From NCBI GenBank assembly GCA_963750165.1, contig CAVVPN010000003.1, positions 1,120,001 through 1,184,000 on the forward strand: a stretch of DNA of 64,000 nucleotides, given 5' to 3'. The stretch's first letter is position 1; each line of letters starts with the position of its first letter. Under the pieces are notes generated by a model that saw only the letters and a program-made list of their open reading frames with translations, was not told the DNA's origin and did not search any database. The position numbers were made by a program, and so were the translations under genes. Positions 19,184 to 29,313 of this stretch are shown piece by piece. The DNA comes from an uncultured Gemmataceae bacterium (GTDB lineage: Bacteria; Planctomycetota; Planctomycetia; Gemmatales; Gemmataceae).

Positions 19184-20020
19184 TCACTCTGCCTGCATAC
19201 TCTCGCTCAGCTTCGAGAGCGCCTCGCTCTCGATCTGGCGGACGCGCTCGCGTGTCAGGCCGAGACACTCGCCGATCTCCTTGAGCGTCTTGGGCTCCTC
19301 GGCCTCCAGCCCAAAGCGCATCTTCAGCACGGTTGCCTCACGCTTGTCCATCTTCTCCAGCAGGTCGAGCACATGATTCAGGTCGTCCGCCTCGACCATC
19401 TCCAGGTCCGGTGTCTTGGTGTGGCCGTCCATGACCATCTCGTCCAGCGACCAGCCGGATTCGGCCTGGTCGGCCTGCGGCGCGGCGTTGTAAACGCGGA
19501 TGGCCTTCTTGATGATCGCCAGCTTCTTCTTGGGCAGGTTCAAACTCTTGGCGACCTCTTCATGGGTCGGCGGCCGGCCCAGTTCGTCCTGCAACTTGGC
19601 GCTGGCCCGCCGCCACTTGGCCAGCAACTCGACCATGTACGCCGGGATGCGGATGGTCTTGGCAGTGTTCACCAGGGCGCGCTTGATCGATTGCTTGATC
19701 CAGTAGCTGGCGTAGGTGCTGAAGCGCGTGCCCATCGACGGATCGAAACCCTCGACAGCTCGCAGCAGCCCAAGGTTGCCTTCCTCAATGAGATCCTGCA
19801 AGCCGAGGCCCTTGCCGGTGTAGCCGCGGGCAATGTTCACCACCAGGCGCAGATTGGCACGCACCATGCGGTCGCGAGCCTCGTTGTCGCCGGCGCCGAT
19901 GCGGTGAGCCAGGGCCTGTTCCTCGGCGGCGCTGAGCAACGAGGTCTCGTTGATCTCGCGGAGGTAGGTCTCAAGCGGTGACTGGACCGCGGGACCGCGT
20001 TGCCGGCGTGCTCGTGTCAT
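19184..20020 (-). CDS. Sigma-70 family factor, RpoD/SigA type, lacking region 1.1 (278 aa)
   Basis: LETYLREI, ANLRLVVNIA, DLIEEGNLGL, RFSTYASYWIKQ, TIRIP, TRERVRQIE..AL.KL. Confidence 0.93.
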   Translation of the reverse strand: MTRARRQRGPAVQSPLETYLREINETSLLSAAEEQALAHRIGAGDNEARDRMVRANLRLVVNIARGYTGKGLGLQDLIEEGNLGLLRAVEGFDPSMGTRFSTYASYWIKQSIKRALVNTAKTIRIPAYMVELLAKWRRASAKLQDELGRPPTHEEVAKSLNLPKKKLAIIKKAIRVYNAAPQADQAESGWSLDEMVMDGHTKTPDLEMVEADDLNHVLDLLEKMDKREATVLKMRFGLEAEEPKTLKEIGECLGLTRERVRQIESEALSKLSESMQAE

Positions 20021-20411
20021 GAGATACCATCCAACCCGTGTTGAGGAGTGCCCGTCAGTGGCGTCGCGCCAGGGCGACGGTCGTGTGCTGCGCCGGCGGT
20101 GCGTTACCGCCCCCTCCCCCCGGTTGTGGTGCCGAACTGCCGCGCCCTGGGCAATTCGGGCAATCCGGGGGGTGCCGGCTCGCACGTCACAATAGGGTAT
20201 CGTCCTGACCTGGGAAGCGCCTGGACCCTGGGAGGTCAACTCGGGCCTGGGGGAAGGGGAAACGGTCGGTATCCCGTGAACAACCCGTCCCACCGCCGCG
20301 ACCCGACTTCCGGTGCCGACACCGCTGCCGCGACACCGTGAGGGGCCTTCCTCATGCAGTTTAGTTCAGATTTGGGCGTGGGGGTATTGGATCGGTATGG
20401 CGACAAAAAAA

Positions 20412-20468
20412 CCGAGCCCGAGCGCCAGCGCGGGGCAGCGCTGGCCCCGCGCTGGCGCTCGGGCTCGG
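20412..20468. repeat. Family B palindrome downstream of rpsA
   Basis: Perfect arms followed on the minus strand by a T run (20405-20411); may act as the rpsA terminator. Confidence 0.85.
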
Positions 20469-20487
20469 AAATGAACAGCCCGAGCGC

Positions 20488-22284
20488 TCAGCCCTCGGTT
20501 TTCTTCTCGCCCTCGCCGGGCATGCTGAACAGTGGGCCAGCGGCGCCGGTGCCGCCGCGCAGCTCGCGTTCGCGCTCCTTCGGCTTCGCCCCTGGCGTCC
20601 CTGCTGCCGCCGCTTCCTCGGTGCCCTCCTCGGCTCCGTCCTCGCCTGGCGTCAGGCGCTTGCGGCTCAGGCCGATCTTGCGGTCGCCCGGATCGACGCG
20701 CAGAATCTTGACCTCCACCTCATCGCCGACCTTGACGACCTCCTCCGGACTCTCGACCTTGTGGTCGGCCAGTTCGGAGATGTGCAGCAGGCCCTCCAGG
20801 CCCGGTTCCAGCTCGACGAAGACGCCGAAGTTGGTGAGCTTGGTGACCTTGCCCTTCTTGATGTCGCCGGGGTGGTAGCGGCCGGGGATGTCGCCTTCCC
20901 ACGGATCGTTGTTCATCTGCTTCAGGCCCAGGGCCACGCGCTTGCGCTCCTGATCGACGTTCAGGATGACGCACTTGACCTTCTCGCCCTTGCTGACGAC
21001 CTCGGAGGGATGGCCGACCTTGCGCACCCAGCTCATGTCACTGACGTGCAGCAGACCGTCGATGCCCTCCTCGATCTCGATGAAGGCACCGTAGTTGGTC
21101 AGGTTGCGGACCACGCCGGTGATCTGCGTGCCCGGCGGGTAGCGCTCCGCCACCTTGTCCCACGGGTTGGGCTGCACCTGCTTGATGCCCAGCGAGATTT
21201 CCTGCTTCTCCTTGTTGATGTTCAGGACCTGCACTTCGATCTGGTCGCCGATGCTGACCAGTTCGCTGGGGTGGTTGATGCGCTTGGTCCAGCTCATCTC
21301 GCTGATGTGAACCAGGCCCTCAATGCCCGGCTCCAGCTTGACGAAGGCGCCGTAGCTCATGACGTTGACGACCTCGCCGGTGTGCCGGCTGCCGACCGGG
21401 TACTTGGCCTCGACGTTGGCCCACGGGCTCGGCGACTTCTGCTTCAGGCCCAGGGCGATCTTTTCCTTGTCCTTGTCCACGCTGATGATGTACACCTCGA
21501 TCTGCTGGTCGATGTGTACCATTTCGTGCGGATTGTTGATGCGGCCCCAGCTCATGTCGGTGATGTGCAAGAGGCCGTCGATGCCGCCGAGGTCCACGAA
21601 GGCGCCGAACTCGGCGATGTTCTTGACGACGCCCTTGCGAATCTGGCCGGGCTGAATTTCAGCCAGCAGCTTGTTCTTCAACTCGATGCGTTGATCCTCG
21701 ATCAGCTTGCGGCGGCTGACGACGATGTTGCGGCGAGCCTCGTCGATCTTGAGGATTTTGCACTCGATGGTTTTGCCAATGAAGTCGGCGATGTCCGGCG
21801 GCCGACGGATGTCCACCTGGCTGGCGGGCAGGAAAACGTTGACGCCGATGTTGACCAGCAGGCCGCCCTTGATCTTGCGCGTGACCTGGCCGGCGACGAC
21901 ATCGCCTTCCTTGTGGCGCGAGATGACGTCTTCCCATTCCTTCTGCCGCTTGGCCTTGCGATAGGACAGGACGATGGCGCCGGACTCGTCCTCGACGGCG
22001 TCGAGCAGCACCTGGATCTCGTCGCCGGGGCTGGGCGGCTTGATCCGGTCTTCGCCCTCGTCGTACCATTCGTTGAGCGGGATCACGCCCTCGCTCTTGT
22101 AGCCGACGTCCACCCAGACCTCGTCGCCGACGACGTTGAGGACGCGGCCCTTGACGATCTTGTTGACCTCAAAGACCTGCGTGTCCTGCGGCAGCCATTC
22201 TTCTGACTCAAAGGCCGCGTTGATCTCGCTCTCCATCAGAGACTCGTCGAGATCAACCTGCCGCATCAGATTGCGATTCACCAT
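20488..22284 (-). CDS. rpsA: 30S ribosomal protein S1
   Basis: Six S1 domains (VDVGYKSEG, FLPASQVD, FGAFVDLGGIDGLLHITDMSW and others). Confidence 0.97.
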   Translation of the reverse strand: MVNRNLMRQVDLDESLMESEINAAFESEEWLPQDTQVFEVNKIVKGRVLNVVGDEVWVDVGYKSEGVIPLNEWYDEGEDRIKPPSPGDEIQVLLDAVEDESGAIVLSYRKAKRQKEWEDVISRHKEGDVVAGQVTRKIKGGLLVNIGVNVFLPASQVDIRRPPDIADFIGKTIECKILKIDEARRNIVVSRRKLIEDQRIELKNKLLAEIQPGQIRKGVVKNIAEFGAFVDLGGIDGLLHITDMSWGRINNPHEMVHIDQQIEVYIISVDKDKEKIALGLKQKSPSPWANVEAKYPVGSRHTGEVVNVMSYGAFVKLEPGIEGLVHISEMSWTKRINHPSELVSIGDQIEVQVLNINKEKQEISLGIKQVQPNPWDKVAERYPPGTQITGVVRNLTNYGAFIEIEEGIDGLLHVSDMSWVRKVGHPSEVVSKGEKVKCVILNVDQERKRVALGLKQMNNDPWEGDIPGRYHPGDIKKGKVTKLTNFGVFVELEPGLEGLLHISELADHKVESPEEVVKVGDEVEVKILRVDPGDRKIGLSRKRLTPGEDGAEEGTEEAAAAGTPGAKPKERERELRGGTGAAGPLFSMPGEGEKKTEG

Positions 22285-22416
22285 GCAAACCATTCCTCAC
22301 CGCTCGACGCCCACTTCCCGGTGGGCGAGGAGAGGTACTTCCGAAAAAAAGGGACCGATCCCCCGCAAACCCGTGGGCCAACGCGGCCCACAAACCCAAT
22401 TTACGGGGAAAATTAA

Positions 22417-22425
22417 ATTGTATCA
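22417..22425 (-). promoter_or_regulatory. Extended -10 promoter for rpsA (TGATACAAT)
   Basis: TGnTAcAAT match about 130 nt upstream of the rpsA start in an AT-rich patch. Confidence 0.55.
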
Positions 22426-22711
22426 CCTGGGCGGAAATGGCACCAGGGAGGGCCGCGGAATCCGCGGTCCGGCCATTTTGACAGAACCAATCGTCCTACC
22501 AGGAAAAGCGATTCTCGATTATGCTACCAGGGTGCAGACGAAAACCGGCAGACTCCCGGAAATGGAAATGACTCTGGAGCGCCTGACCGGGGACGAGTTT
22601 GACCACGGCGACTCGTTCCAGGAACGTACACGGTACAGGCGGTGTACAAGTACAATGGCTTCCAGGCAGTTTCCGAGCCGGAGCCAGTGACCGTGTAAAG
22701 GAAAGGCTTGC

Positions 22712-23191
22712 ATGAAACCGATTTCCTACGTTCATGGCGACGCAACCCAGCCCCAGGGCGACGGTGCGAAAATCATCGTCCACGTCTGCAATGACCGCGG
22801 AGGTTGGGGCCGTGGGTTCGTCGTGGCGATCTCGCGGCGCTGGGGCGAACCAGAGGAGCAGTACCGTGCGTGGTACGCCGAGCGGGACGACAACGACTTC
22901 GCCCTTGGCGCCGTGCAGTTCGTGAAGGTTGAGGAGAATGTCTGGGTCGCCAACCTGATCGGCCAGGCCGGCATGAGTCCGCAGCACGGCGTACCACCGG
23001 TGCGCTACGAGGCCATCGAAACCGGTCTCGAAGCGGTGGCGGCGAAGGCGGCGGAGCTGGAGGCGTCAGTCCACATGCCACGCATCGGCTGCGGCCTGGC
23101 TGGCGGCCGCTGGGAGCGCGTCGAACCGCTCATCACCAAGACCCTCTGCGAGCGTGACATCGCCGTGACCGTGTACGACCTGCCGCCCTGA
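22712..23191 (+). CDS. Macro domain protein (Poa1p/TARG1-like ADP-ribose-processing family)
   Basis: YVHGDAT.P, IIVHVCND.GGWG.GF, VANLIGQ, VHMPRIGCGLAGGRW. Confidence 0.9.
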   Translation: MKPISYVHGDATQPQGDGAKIIVHVCNDRGGWGRGFVVAISRRWGEPEEQYRAWYAERDDNDFALGAVQFVKVEENVWVANLIGQAGMSPQHGVPPVRYEAIETGLEAVAAKAAELEASVHMPRIGCGLAGGRWERVEPLITKTLCERDIAVTVYDLPP

Positions 23192-23222
23192 AACTCCCGG
23201 CGCCCAGAGGCGGGGTTGGCGT

Positions 23223-23299
23223 GTCAGGCAGTGCCGTTGGTTGTCACATTTGGTGAGATAGGGGGCGCGCCGTGTGGCCATGTGGCCAGGTGACTCCCC
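23223..23299. repeat. Dispersed 77-bp non-coding element, copy 1
   Basis: Matches 57825-57900 with 7 differences by hand alignment. Confidence 0.85.
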
Positions 23300-23311
23300 T
23301 GACCCCGCCTG

Positions 23312-25132
23312 TTAGATGCGGCGGAACTGCCGATCCAAATCATTGCGGCTGAACAGCAGCGCCGTCGGCCGGCCGTGCGGACAGTGGTGTGTGTCGTCCG
23401 CCAGGTGCCGCTGGGCCAGCAGGGCCGCCATCTCGTCCGGCGTCAGGGGATCGCCGGCCCGCACCGCCGAGTGGCACGCCATCAGACTCAGCAAATCGTT
23501 GAAAAGTTGTTCGCGCGTCGGCACCCGCTCCTTGCCGCACAGGTGATCGACTACCGCCTTGAGGATCACCTGCGGCGGCCGGTTGCCGAGGATCGCCGGG
23601 TAGCCCGTCACCAGCACCGTACCGCCGCCGAAGTCCTCGACCAGCAGCCCCAACTCCGCCAGGGCGGTGCGGTGCTCCAGCGTCACCGCGGCCTGCTCGG
23701 CGGTCAACTCGACCGGCTCGGGGAACAGCAGCGGTTGCATTTCCAGCGTGCCGCTGCGGATCCGCCGCTTCAGTTGCTCGAACAGGATGCGTTCGTGCAG
23801 TGCGTGCTGGTCGATCACCAGCATGCCCTCCGCCGTCTCCACGACCAGGTACGAGTTGTACAGCTGGATGACCTTCACGTCCGCCGTGGGCCGCATCGGC
23901 AGCGGTGGCGGCGCGGCGGGCGTCGGCTGGTCGAACGCGGACGCCAGCGCGTCCGGGGAAGGCGGCAGCGGCGGGGCGGCCGACGGCGGGGAGATGGTGG
24001 CGGGCGCGGGCGGCGGGAACACGGGCGGTGGCGGCAGTGGTGCGTGTTGCGCCGCTGCAGCGAAGATCGGCGCCGGCTCCGGGCCGCTGAAGCGCACCTC
24101 TGGGTTTGCCAGCGTGGACGGCGCCTGCAATTTCGGCGTCAGGTTCGCGGCGCTGAGGCGGTTGCGGACGGTGCCGAGCACCAGGCTGTAAAGGCCGTGG
24201 CCGTCGCGGAAGCGCACCTCCGCCTTGGTCGGATGCACGTTCACGTCCACCTGGTCTGGCGGCAGGTCCAGGAACAGAAACGCCACCGCGTAACGGCCGG
24301 TCATCAGCAGACCGCGGAAGCCCTCCTGCAAGGCGTGGCTCAAACTGCGGTCGCGGACCCAGCGGCCGTTGACGAACAGGTACTGCGTCTTCGCGTTGCC
24401 GCGCTCGCACGCCGGGTCCGCGATGTAGCCCCGCAGCCGCACCGCGTCGCGCTCCGCCTGGACCTCATACAACTGATCGCTGACCTCGGAGCCGAAGAAC
24501 AGCCGGATGCGCTGTCTCAGGTCCGCGCCGGCCGGCACCTCGTACACGCCCTTGCCGTTGTGCCGCAGTGTCAGGTGCAACTCCGGCTGCGCCAGCGCCA
24601 GCCGCGTGAACGTCTCGCAGAGGTGGCCCATCTCCGTCGAGGTGGTCCGCAGGAATTTGCGGCGCACGGGGGTGTTGTAGAACAGGTGCCGCACCTCGAT
24701 GCGTGTGCCCGGGCCGCCGTTCCACGGCCGCACCGCTGACAGGTCGCCGCCGTGACAGGTGATCTCGCGGCCGACCTCGCGCCCCGGTGGTCGCGATTGC
24801 AGCGTCACCTGGGCGACGCCGCCGATGGACGCCAGCGCCTCGCCGCGGAAACCGAGCGTGCCGATGCGGAACAGGTCGTCGGCGTTGTGTAGTTTGCTGG
24901 TGGCGTGGCTGGCGAACGCCAGGGCCAGGTCGTCCGGTTCGATGCCGCAGCCGTCGTCCACGACGCGGATGGCGTCGGCGCCACCGTTGTCCACGTCGAT
25001 GTCAATGCGGCGGCTGCCGGCGTCCACGCAGTTTTCCAGCAGTTCCTTGACGACGCTCGCCGGCCGTTCGATCACCTCGCCCGCGGCGATTTTGGTGATG
25101 ACGGACGGCGGTAGTTGGTGGATGCGCGGCAT
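23312..25132 (-). CDS. mutL: DNA mismatch repair endonuclease MutL
   Basis: IAAGEVIERPASVVKELLEN, HATSK, GFRGEAL, DVNVHPTK, DQHALHER, ACH, CPHGRP. Confidence 0.97.
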   Translation of the reverse strand: MPRIHQLPPSVITKIAAGEVIERPASVVKELLENCVDAGSRRIDIDVDNGGADAIRVVDDGCGIEPDDLALAFASHATSKLHNADDLFRIGTLGFRGEALASIGGVAQVTLQSRPPGREVGREITCHGGDLSAVRPWNGGPGTRIEVRHLFYNTPVRRKFLRTTSTEMGHLCETFTRLALAQPELHLTLRHNGKGVYEVPAGADLRQRIRLFFGSEVSDQLYEVQAERDAVRLRGYIADPACERGNAKTQYLFVNGRWVRDRSLSHALQEGFRGLLMTGRYAVAFLFLDLPPDQVDVNVHPTKAEVRFRDGHGLYSLVLGTVRNRLSAANLTPKLQAPSTLANPEVRFSGPEPAPIFAAAAQHAPLPPPPVFPPPAPATISPPSAAPPLPPSPDALASAFDQPTPAAPPPLPMRPTADVKVIQLYNSYLVVETAEGMLVIDQHALHERILFEQLKRRIRSGTLEMQPLLFPEPVELTAEQAAVTLEHRTALAELGLLVEDFGGGTVLVTGYPAILGNRPPQVILKAVVDHLCGKERVPTREQLFNDLLSLMACHSAVRAGDPLTPDEMAALLAQRHLADDTHHCPHGRPTALLFSRNDLDRQFRRI

Positions 25133-25179
25133 GGTGTGATTGCGACTAATGACTCGACGTTGCGGCATGGCGCGGAGTA

Positions 25180-25297
25180 GTTGTGGCTTGGTCTCCGGAC
25201 CAAGCCACCTGGCCCGACCGAAGGTCTCCCTCGCGTTCCAGTTTCCCAAGAGGAGACCTTCGGTCGCGGACGTGGCACGGTCTCCTGACCGTGCCAC
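25180..25297. repeat. Family A element in reverse orientation
   Basis: GTTGTGGCTTGGTCTCCGGACCAAGCCAC ... GACCGAAGGTCTCC ... GGAGACCTTCGGTC ... GTGGCACGGTCTCCTGACCGTGCCAC. Confidence 0.9.
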
Positions 25298-25326
25298 GTC
25301 CGCGGGTACAGGCGGCCCACCCGTCC

Positions 25327-26850
25327 CTACGGCTGCAGTCCCCATTTCTTGACCTTGCGCCGCACCGCCTCCTCGCGCATGCCGAGGAGTTTGGCGGCCT
25401 CCTCAATAATGCCCTGCGCCTGGGCCAGTGCGTCGCGAATCCGGTCCTGCACCTTCCAGTCCTGGATGACGCGGTACAGGGTTCGTTCGCCGATGCCGAG
25501 TTTGCGGGCAGCCTCCTCACGATTGCCGTCCGTCAGCAGCAGTGTCTGCTCGATGTAATAACGTTCTACCTCGGTCAGGGGTCGGCCCACAAGGTTAGCA
25601 GGACCGACCGCCGCCCCGGCCGCCGGCGGTGCCGGTCGCAGCGGCGAGCCCTCCTCCAGGTCGTCCAGGCCGAGCGTGCCATCCTGGTCCTGCACCACCA
25701 TGCCCTCGACCAGGTTGCGCAGCTCGCGGACGTTGCCCGGCCAGTCGTAGGCCGCCAGCGCCCGCCGCACCGGCTCGGCGATGCCCGTGACCGCCTTGCC
25801 GTGCCGGGTGTTGAACTCCTTGATGAAGTGGGCCGCCAGCAGCGGAATGTCCTCGCGGCGCTTGCGCAGCGGTGGCAGCTTCAGCGTCACCACCTTCAGC
25901 CGGTAATACAGGTCCTGGCGAAATTCACCCTTCGCCACCGCCTCTTCCAGGTCGCGGTGCGTCGCCGACAGCAGCCGCACGTTGACCTTGATGACCTCGT
26001 TGCTGCCGATGCGGCTCACCTCCTGGTTCTCCAGCACGCGCAGCAGTTTCGCCTGGAGTGTCAACGGCATGTCACCGATCTCATCCAGGAACAGGGTGCC
26101 GCCGCTGGCGTACTCGAAGCGGCCCTTGCGCAGCTTGTCCGCGCCGGTGAACGCCCCCGGCTCGTGGCCGAACAGCTCGTCCTCCAGCAGGTTCTCGTTG
26201 ATGGCGGTGCAGGTCAGCGCTACGAAGTTCTTGTGCTTGCGCGGACTGTTGTTGTGGATCGCCTTGGCGGCCAGTTCCTTGCCAGTGCCGGTTTCGCCCT
26301 GGATCAGCACGGTGGCGCTGGTCGGGGCAATGCTCTTGAGCCGGGCGATGACCTCGTGCATCTTCGGGCTGTTGCCGACCACCCCCTCGAAGCCGAACTT
26401 CTCGTCCAGCTGCCGTTTCAGTTCCTTGTTGGCGTGGTTGAGCCGGACGCGCTCCGCGGCCTTGCCGACGACCGTGCGCAGCTCCGCCATGTTACCCGTT
26501 TTTTGCAGGTAACTCAGGGCCCCCTGCTGCATCGCCTCCACGGCAGTTTTCACGTCGCCGTGGCCGGTCAGCACCACAACCTCCGCGTCCGGCTGCTCCT
26601 GCTTCGCCTTGCGCAGGATGGCCAGACCGTCCGTGTCGGGCATGCGCAGGTCGGTCAAGATAACGTCCCACTCCTCCGCCTCAATGCGACGGGCGCCGGC
26701 GGTGCCGGTGGTGGCGACGGCGCACTCGTAGCCAACGCGCTCCAGCACCTCGGCCACGGCCTCGGCGTGCAGCGCCTCGTCGTCAACGATCAACACCTTG
26801 AGCCGTTCGCCGTCGCGGGGCTCGGGAGGAGGGGTGGCGGGTCGCTCCAT
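25327..26850 (-). CDS. Sigma-54-dependent response regulator (NtrC/AtoC family) with tandem C-terminal HTHs
   Basis: REC domain (IVDDE, TDLRMP), [29 protein letters not shown], two Fis-like HTHs. Confidence 0.95.
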   Translation of the reverse strand: MERPATPPPEPRDGERLKVLIVDDEALHAEAVAEVLERVGYECAVATTGTAGARRIEAEEWDVILTDLRMPDTDGLAILRKAKQEQPDAEVVVLTGHGDVKTAVEAMQQGALSYLQKTGNMAELRTVVGKAAERVRLNHANKELKRQLDEKFGFEGVVGNSPKMHEVIARLKSIAPTSATVLIQGETGTGKELAAKAIHNNSPRKHKNFVALTCTAINENLLEDELFGHEPGAFTGADKLRKGRFEYASGGTLFLDEIGDMPLTLQAKLLRVLENQEVSRIGSNEVIKVNVRLLSATHRDLEEAVAKGEFRQDLYYRLKVVTLKLPPLRKRREDIPLLAAHFIKEFNTRHGKAVTGIAEPVRRALAAYDWPGNVRELRNLVEGMVVQDQDGTLGLDDLEEGSPLRPAPPAAGAAVGPANLVGRPLTEVERYYIEQTLLLTDGNREEAARKLGIGERTLYRVIQDWKVQDRIRDALAQAQGIIEEAAKLLGMREEAVRRKVKKWGLQP

Positions 26851-27055
26851 GATGTCCACGGGGTTACGGGTGCGGGCGCCGCTACCACGCCGCGCCCGGG
26901 GTCATTTTAGCCGGTCGCGCCGGCCGCCGCAAAGACCGCCGCGCTGCCGGCCCCGGCGGCACCCCCGGAAAATCCTTCGGAATCCCTAAAGTCAGCCCCG
27001 GCGGGCGGCCGATGAGGAAGCAATAACTCACATTAGCGACGCGGGGGAGGCAGCG

Positions 27056-28472
27056 ATGACCGAAGCGCAAACGCTGTTGGGCAAGATCGCCGCGCTGCGC
27101 CAGCGCCTGGAGCTGGCACAGACGCCGACCGCCGCCGTGCCGGTCGCCGAGGGGCCGGCCGATCCGGTGCGCGTGCTGGAGCGCAAGGTCGCGGCCGGGG
27201 CGCAGCAGAGCGCCCTGCTCGAGGGCACGCTGCGGACACGGAGCGGCGGCGACGGCCACGCCCTGCCCACGCAGCTGACCGCCCGCGCCGGCCGCGTGCT
27301 GCGGCAGTGTCGTGAACTGGTCGGCCAGCTGCGAGCGCTGGCGGACGAACCGCTGCTGCTGGACGCCGGCGACCCGCTGGCGGCCTACTACCGCGAGACG
27401 GCCGGCATGACCGACACGGTGCTGCGCCTGGTGCAGTCCTTCCCGGAGGCGCCCAGCGCCCAGATCCGGTTGTGTGAAGGGTTGGAGGTCATCCTGCACA
27501 CGGTCGCGGATCGGCTGGCGGCGGTGGACGGCGGCCTGAACCAGCGCCACCGCGACGCTGGCCGGCTCGACACGCTCACCGAACTGCTGACCGATCTGAG
27601 CACCGGCAGCGGCGCGGCGGATACCAAGGCGTTTTTGGCGCTGGCCGAAGCCGTGCTGGAGGACGCCAACCAGGCCCTGCCACTGCGCTTCTTCGAGGGC
27701 GACCCGCTGCGGCCGGCACGATTCGCAGCGGCGCACAGCCTGAACGTCGCGCAGGTGATCGCCCGGCTGACGCGCCAGGATCTGGAATGGCGGCACAAGC
27801 CGCTGGAGCCAATCGTCGCGGCCCTGGTGCATGACGCCGGCATGGCGTTCGTACCGGCCGAGGTGCTGGCCCACCCGGGCAGCCTGACGGACGAGCAGCG
27901 GCGGCTGGTCGAGGCGCACACGGTCGGCGGGGCCGAGGCGGTCAGCCGGCTGTTCCCGGGCCAGCCGTACCTGTGCGACGTGACGGCGGCGCACCACGAA
28001 CGGCTGGACGGCACCGGCTACCCGGCGGGACTGCGCGACCAGCAACTGCGGCCGCTGGTGCGGCTGCTGGCGGTGTGCGACGTGTACAGCGCCCTGTGCG
28101 TGGCGCGACCGTGGCGGCCGGCGCTGGACACGCGCACGGCCCTGACCGACACGCTGCTGCTGGCCGAGAACGGGGCGCTGGACCGCGAGCAGGCGGAGCG
28201 GCTGTTGCAGCTGTCGTTCTACCCGGTCGGCTCGGTGGTGGAGCTGGCGGATGGAGGCGCTGGGCCTGGTGGTGGCGACGCACCAGACGCGCCGCGAATT
28301 GAACCTGCCGGCGCGGCCGGTGCTGGCGCTGCTGACTGACTCGCAGGGCCGGCCGTACACGGTGCCGCGGCACCTGGACCTGGCGGAGTGCGAGGGCCGC
28401 AGTGTGGTGCGCAGCCTGCGAACCGACGAGCGCCGCGAGGCGCTGGGCAAACGCTACCCCGAATGGATCTAA
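27056..28472 (+). CDS. HD-GYP domain phosphodiesterase (frameshift near 28255)
   Basis: HSLNVA, LVHDAGM, HHERLDGTGYP, AVCDVYSAL, FYPVGSVVELADG continuing as ALGLVVATH...RPVLALLTD. Confidence 0.88.
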
Positions 28473-28480
28473 AAAAGTAA

Positions 28481-28576
28481 TCACCACAAAGACACAAAGG
28501 GCACAAAGGAAAGGCAAAGACTTGTTAATTAAACACTCTTTGCCTTTCCTTTGTGCCCTTTGTGTCTTTGTGGTGA
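28481..28576. repeat. 9-mer-periodic perfect 40-bp inverted repeat (CACAAAG units)
   Basis: Arms 28481-28520 and 28537-28576 are exact reverse complements. Confidence 0.92.
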
Positions 28577-28589
28577 ATTCCTCTTCTTT

Positions 28590-29306
28590 ATGATGAACCG
28601 CGAGTACCTAACGGCGGTGCGGCACCCGTGGGCGGCGGCGCTGTTCGTGCTGCCGCTGCTGGCGGCCTACGAGGCGGGCGTGCTCACGCAGAGCGCCCTG
28701 CCGGAGCAGGTGCGCAACGGCGCGGACCTGTGGCTGCGCGGCCTGCTGGCGTTGCTGGGGCTGTCGCCGCCCTACGCGGCGCCGCTGCTGCTGCTGGGGC
28801 TGCTGCTCTGCTGGGGCTGGCTGCGACGCAGCGACCGGCCGCGCGAACTGCTCGGCGTCTGGGTCGGCATGGCCTGCGAGAGCGTCGTCTTCGCGGTGGG
28901 GCTGTGGCTGCTGTCGCTGGGCATGATTCCGCTGCTGAACGGCGTGAACGTCTACCTGAACGTCGAGCACGACCCGGCGGTGGCGCACCTGCTCAGTTTC
29001 CTGGGCGCCGGCATCTACGAGGAGACGCTGTTCCGACTGCTGCTGTTCTCGGGCCTGGTGGCGCTGCTGCGGCAGCTGGAGTTCCCGGGCTGGTGGGCGG
29101 CGACGCTGGCGGGGCTGCTGTCGGCGCTGCTGTTCTCGCTGGCGCACCACGTCGGGCCGTGCGGCGAGGCGTTCGAGCCGTATGCGTTCCTGTTCCGCAC
29201 GCTGGCGGGGCTGTACTTCGCGGCGCTGTACCGGCTGCGCGGCTTCGGCGTCGCGGTCGGGGCGCACGCCGGTTATGACGTGCTCGTCGGGTTGCTGCTG
29301 GAGTAG
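28590..29306 (+). CDS. CPBP/Abi family intramembrane glutamic endopeptidase
   Basis: GAGIYEETLFR, FSLAHH, RGFGVAVGAHAGYD. Confidence 0.88.
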   Translation: MMNREYLTAVRHPWAAALFVLPLLAAYEAGVLTQSALPEQVRNGADLWLRGLLALLGLSPPYAAPLLLLGLLLCWGWLRRSDRPRELLGVWVGMACESVVFAVGLWLLSLGMIPLLNGVNVYLNVEHDPAVAHLLSFLGAGIYEETLFRLLLFSGLVALLRQLEFPGWWAATLAGLLSALLFSLAHHVGPCGEAFEPYAFLFRTLAGLYFAALYRLRGFGVAVGAHAGYDVLVGLLLE

Positions 29307-29313
29307 TCGAGGG

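Noticed and set aside
23190..23317. Integron attC site at the mutL 3' end (ATCTAAC on the minus strand)
   Set aside because: No matching GTTRRRY at a suitable distance, no cassette array and no integrase
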